Origin: Cryomorphaceae bacterium
GTDB lineage: Bacteria > Pseudomonadota > Gammaproteobacteria > Arenicellales > Arenicellaceae
Direction of reading: 5' to 3'
Assembly: GCA_047623225.1 (NCBI GenBank)
Contig: JBLHME010000002.1
Coordinates: 675 to 64,674 of the forward strand
Length of the DNA: 64,000 bases
The position numbers and the translations under genes were made by a program. Below the pieces are notes generated by a model. It saw only the letters and a list, made by a program, of their open reading frames with translations. It made no database searches and was not told where the DNA came from. Below are positions 59,149 to 64,000 of this stretch, piece after piece; within the stretch, counting starts at the first letter, position 1, and each line of letters starts with the position of its first letter.

Positions 59149-59784
59149 TTAGCCCTGAGGGATTTGTGTGGACAATTGCTGCGTTATTGAAGCAATCTGC
59201 TCATGCTTAACGCGCATAGACGCAGCGTTGGCAATCAATCTACAGGAGATATTGGCAATTAAATCTTTGGCCACCAAATTATTCGCCTTCAGGGTACTGC
59301 CGGTTTCCACTAGGTCTACAATTTCATCAGCTAGTCCAACTAAGGGTGCCAGTTCCATTGCACCGTACAATTTAATGATCTCAGCCTGCACGCCTTGCGA
59401 CTGGTAGTATTGTTGCGCCAGCTTAACGTACTTGCTCGCAACTCTGATGCGTTTCTTATTGGAAGGGTTATCCAGCGCAGATTGCGGCACCGCAGTCATC
59501 AGTCGACATTTTGCTATTTGTAAATCGAGTAACTCGCACAAACCTTCACCGCCATGCTCCATCAACCCATCCTTGCCCACAATGCCTATATCGGCCGCGC
59601 CAAATTGCACATAGGTCGGCACATCCGTAGCGCGCAAGATAACGCATTGTAAGTCATCTTGATTTGTTTCAAAGATGAGTTTTCGGCTGGTAAATGGGTC
59701 GTCGATCAAAGTCACACCGATCGCTTCGAGCATCGGCAACGTTTGTTTCAGGATGCGACCCTTAGAAAGAGCAATGGTAATCAT
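59149..59784 (-). CDS. hisG: ATP phosphoribosyltransferase, short form
   Basis: [40 protein letters not shown]; 211 aa. Confidence 0.96.
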   Translation of the reverse strand: MITIALSKGRILKQTLPMLEAIGVTLIDDPFTSRKLIFETNQDDLQCVILRATDVPTYVQFGAADIGIVGKDGLMEHGGEGLCELLDLQIAKCRLMTAVPQSALDNPSNKKRIRVASKYVKLAQQYYQSQGVQAEIIKLYGAMELAPLVGLADEIVDLVETGSTLKANNLVAKDLIANISCRLIANAASMRVKHEQIASITQQLSTQIPQG

Positions 59785-59793
59785 ATAAAAACT

Positions 59794-61098
<1,305 letters not shown>

Positions 61099-61123
61099 TT
61101 AGCTCCCTATATGGTCGAAGAGG

Positions 61124-61441
61124 TTATGTCTGTAGCGCAGTTTTGAGTTCACCAGCTTCATACATCTCGGTCATGATGTCTGAACCACCAACAAATTCAC
61201 CGTTTATGTACAACTGAGGAACTGTCGGCCAATTCGAATAGGTTTTTATGCCTTGTCTTACGTCATCATTACTTAACACATCCACAGTAACGAATTCAGC
61301 TTCCAGTGATTGCAAAATCTGCACCGCTTTGCCAGAAAAGCCACATTGTGGAAAACTAACATTACCCTTCATGAACAACACAACGTTGTTGTCGGTAACG
61401 GTTTGTTTGATTTGGTCTTGCATTGATACTTGTTCAGTCAT
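61124..61441 (-). CDS. grxD: Monothiol glutaredoxin Grx4
   Basis: FMKG...PQCGFS, WPTVPQLY..GEFVGGSD. Confidence 0.95.
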   Translation of the reverse strand: MTEQVSMQDQIKQTVTDNNVVLFMKGNVSFPQCGFSGKAVQILQSLEAEFVTVDVLSNDDVRQGIKTYSNWPTVPQLYINGEFVGGSDIMTEMYEAGELKTALQT

Positions 61442-61527
61442 GTTAATAACTCCAGGGGGAACATAGATAAAATTGATGTGGTAAAAATGGTCGTCACTCG
61501 AATATCGAGAACAACCGTAAAAACTAT

Positions 61528-61758
61528 TTAAGCTTCTTCTTCAGGTGTCAGTGTTTTCATTGACAAAGCATGTACTTCTGCTTTCATCTTGTCACCCAAG
61601 GCTGCGTAAACCAGCTGGTGCCGTTGAATACGAGACTTGCCTGAGAACTCATTTGCAACGATAACAGCTTCAAAATGATGACCGTCACCCTCGACACTCA
61701 CTTGCGCCGCGTTAAAGCCACTCTCTATCCAAGTTTTTAGTTGCTCGGGTGTAACCAT
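61528..61758 (-). CDS. BolA/IbaG-family protein
   Basis: GDGHHF...F.GKSRIQRHQLVY..L...VHALS. Confidence 0.93.
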   Translation of the reverse strand: MVTPEQLKTWIESGFNAAQVSVEGDGHHFEAVIVANEFSGKSRIQRHQLVYAALGDKMKAEVHALSMKTLTPEEEA

Positions 61759-61913
61759 AATAATGTGCCTGCTTAAGAATAAATTAATAAAAAAACTGCG
61801 CCAATCACGGGCTGCAATTTAACCGCGCTAGAATACCCGAAAGCCTTCTAATCAGCCAGCTTGAAGGGCTAATTACCATAACATTGACAGTCTCAGTTAG
61901 CGGCAAAGATCGG

Positions 61914-62678
61914 TCATGAATCACGCAGTTTGTAGCCTCTGTGTAAAAGACCAACACAAATAATGGTCAATAGCAGCGCAGCGCCTGACATGGCCAACAG
62001 GCTGATGTATATCGGCTGATCAGATTGACCGAAAAAACCATAGCGAAAACCATCGATCATATAGAAAAACGGATTCCATTTACTCAGCTCATACCAAAAC
62101 GGTGGCAGCGATTTAATAGAGTAAAAAACCCCACTCAAAAAAGTCAGCGGCATGATTATAAAACTCTGAAAAGCAGCAATTTGATCAAACTTCTCAGCCC
62201 ACATCCCGGCAATCAGACCTAATGCACCCATGGTGTAACTGCCCAATATAGCAAAAATCAAGACCACAAAAATATTGTCGATTGGAACATGGACATAAAA
62301 TACTGCGAGCAGAAACACGCCCAAACCCACAGCGAGCCCGCGCGCGACTGCGGCCCCCATATAAGCCAAAAACATTTCAAAAGCAGAAAATGGCGGCAAC
62401 AAAATAAAGATTAAGCTGCCCATCACCTTTGACTGAATAAGACTTGAGGAGGTATTGGCGAATGCGTTTTGAATGACTGTCATCATCAACAAGCCTGGTA
62501 TTAAAAACTCGACATAGCTCACACCAGGAAAAACCTCTACGCGGCCTTCGAGCACATGACCAAACACTAGCAAATACAATAGAGCAGTGATTACTGGAGC
62601 AACCACGGTTTGCAGCCAAACCTTCATAAAGCGAGAATATTCCTTGCGGAATAATGTGTAACAGGCAACCCAGTTCAT
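61914..62678 (-). CDS. ABC-2 transporter permease (YadH-like)
   Basis: FLIPGLLMM, AFANTSSS, PLTFLSGVFYS, NPFFYMIDGFRYGF. Confidence 0.92.
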   Translation of the reverse strand: MNWVACYTLFRKEYSRFMKVWLQTVVAPVITALLYLLVFGHVLEGRVEVFPGVSYVEFLIPGLLMMTVIQNAFANTSSSLIQSKVMGSLIFILLPPFSAFEMFLAYMGAAVARGLAVGLGVFLLAVFYVHVPIDNIFVVLIFAILGSYTMGALGLIAGMWAEKFDQIAAFQSFIIMPLTFLSGVFYSIKSLPPFWYELSKWNPFFYMIDGFRYGFFGQSDQPIYISLLAMSGAALLLTIICVGLLHRGYKLRDS

Positions 62679-62679
62679 A

Positions 62680-63612
62680 TTATTTAGCTCCCTGGTCGCC
62701 CGTCATACGCACAAACACGTCTTCCAAACTGTCGCTTAACACTGTGACATATTCAATGTTCATTGATGCCGCTCTTAAGCGATCAAGAATATCCATGACT
62801 GAATCACTATCTCGATGCAAAATAATTTCCAGCTCATTGCCTTCATGGCGTGCTACTCGATCTTTATATATTCGCGGAATGGTTTCAATCGGGTGGCTAG
62901 CCCTGACTAGCAGTTTGCTACCCAAGCCACGCGCCAATAAATTTTTTTTGCTTTCCAGTGCAATCACTTTGCCTTTATCTATGATCGCAATACGATCACA
63001 AAGCTCCTCAGCTTCTTCAAGGTAATGGGTAGTTAGCACGATGGTGGTGCCCTCGCTGTGCAAACGCCTCACAAAACGCCACATAGACTGACGCAATTCC
63101 ACATCCACGCCTGCGGTTGGTTCATCTAACACCAAAACTGCAGGCTGGTGCACTAATGCTTGCGCAATTAATACACGGCGCTTCATGCCACCCGATAGCT
63201 TGCGCATATTGGTGTCAGCCTTGTCGCTGAGATTTAGTTGTTCAAGTAGTTCGTTTATCCAAACTTCGTTTTCTCGAATGCCAAAATAGCCAGACTGAAA
63301 TCGCAGCGTTTCACGCACAGTGAAAAATGGATCGATAACTATTTCTTGTGGCACCACGCCGAGGGTACGGCGCGCTTGGCGATAATTTTTGCCAACGTCA
63401 GCGCCTAAAATAGAAATAGAACCGCTATCGGCCTTGAGTAAGCCTGCTATGGCATTGATGAGTGTTGACTTGCCCGCGCCATTGGGGCCGAGTAAACCAA
63501 AAAACTCGCCTTGGCGGATATCAAAACTAACATTATTGAGTGCTTGTAAATCGTCATAGCGCTTACTTACGCCATTGACAGAAATAGCATCAACCGAAGA
63601 ATTGGTAGTCAC
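62680..63612 (-). CDS. ABC transporter ATP-binding protein (YadG-like)
   Basis: GPNGAGKST, LSGGMKRR, LDEPTAGVD, TTHY. Confidence 0.94.
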   Translation of the reverse strand: MTTNSSVDAISVNGVSKRYDDLQALNNVSFDIRQGEFFGLLGPNGAGKSTLINAIAGLLKADSGSISILGADVGKNYRQARRTLGVVPQEIVIDPFFTVRETLRFQSGYFGIRENEVWINELLEQLNLSDKADTNMRKLSGGMKRRVLIAQALVHQPAVLVLDEPTAGVDVELRQSMWRFVRRLHSEGTTIVLTTHYLEEAEELCDRIAIIDKGKVIALESKKNLLARGLGSKLLVRASHPIETIPRIYKDRVARHEGNELEIILHRDSDSVMDILDRLRAASMNIEYVTVLSDSLEDVFVRMTGDQGAK

Positions 63613-63742
63613 TGGAAATCTCGAGGTTATGGGGCTGGTTTATTCCAACGCCGAAAAAGGCAAATTGCTAATCTGCGATTCATTGGAAGGGCGCCCTGCG
63701 ACGTATTTCAATGGTGCAAATTATGAACAGTGTATTTTAAAG

Positions 63743-64000
63743 CTATCTTGCGTTCTTTTGGCGTAAATCGGCAATTAATCCATCAATTCCTCTTTGCGCA
63801 ATAATTTCGCCAAAGGTCGCTCGATAGGTTGAGACAAAATTAATACCAGCGACTTCTAAATTATAAGCGCGCCATTGGCTGTCTTTGCGATTACTCATAT
63901 ACAAATTTACTGGATAGCTGCTTCCAGAGGATGCAATTAGGGCTGCTCTTACAGTCACCTTATCTGAACCTGGAGCCATGCTTATGGGCTCGTAAACCAC
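63743..64000 (-). CDS. mlaC: MlaC/Ttg2D-family phospholipid-binding protein, C-terminal part (5' end outside window)
   Basis: WRAYNLEVAGINFVSTYRATF...GIDGLIADL C-terminal motif; syntenic with ABC-bolA-murA. Confidence 0.82.
   Translation of the reverse strand: MVYEPISMAPGSDKVTVRAALIASSGSSYPVNLYMSNRKDSQWRAYNLEVAGINFVSTYRATFGEIIAQRGIDGLIADLRQKNAR

Overview
A 64 kb chromosomal window from a marine-type gammaproteobacterium. The gene order and a Cys-containing C-terminal tail on a secreted protease suggest an Arenicella-like lineage; this is an unverified recollection. The backbone is housekeeping: glnE, ispF/ispD, shikimate kinase, clpB, nadC, maf, sppA-Rieske-HAD-rluC//rne, dps, rlmD, cysM, recJ, and hisD-hisG-murA-grxD-bolA-ABC-mlaC. 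Accessory genes are interspersed. No rRNA, tRNA, CRISPR array or intact transposase/integrase was recognised. The most notable observations are: (1) a 1525-aa single-chain biotin-dependent carboxylase with the unusual order CT-alpha, long insert, CT-beta, biotin carboxylase, BCCP; (2) selective decay of accessory genes (at least 6 with in-frame stops or frameshifts, plus motif erosion in asnB) while long core genes stay intact; (3) a 1460-aa multidomain subtilase ending in a candidate undescribed C-terminal sorting signal (C-x13-CL-COOH); (4) an uncharacterised CinA-like plus nucleotidyltransferase-like fusion; (5) an accessory patch with a degenerate attC-like site next to a hairpin-rich non-coding segment; (6) candidate CIRCE, OxyR, TetR and sugar-regulon operator sites, and a long structured rne leader. 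All family assignments are by eye from motifs; no database search was run.
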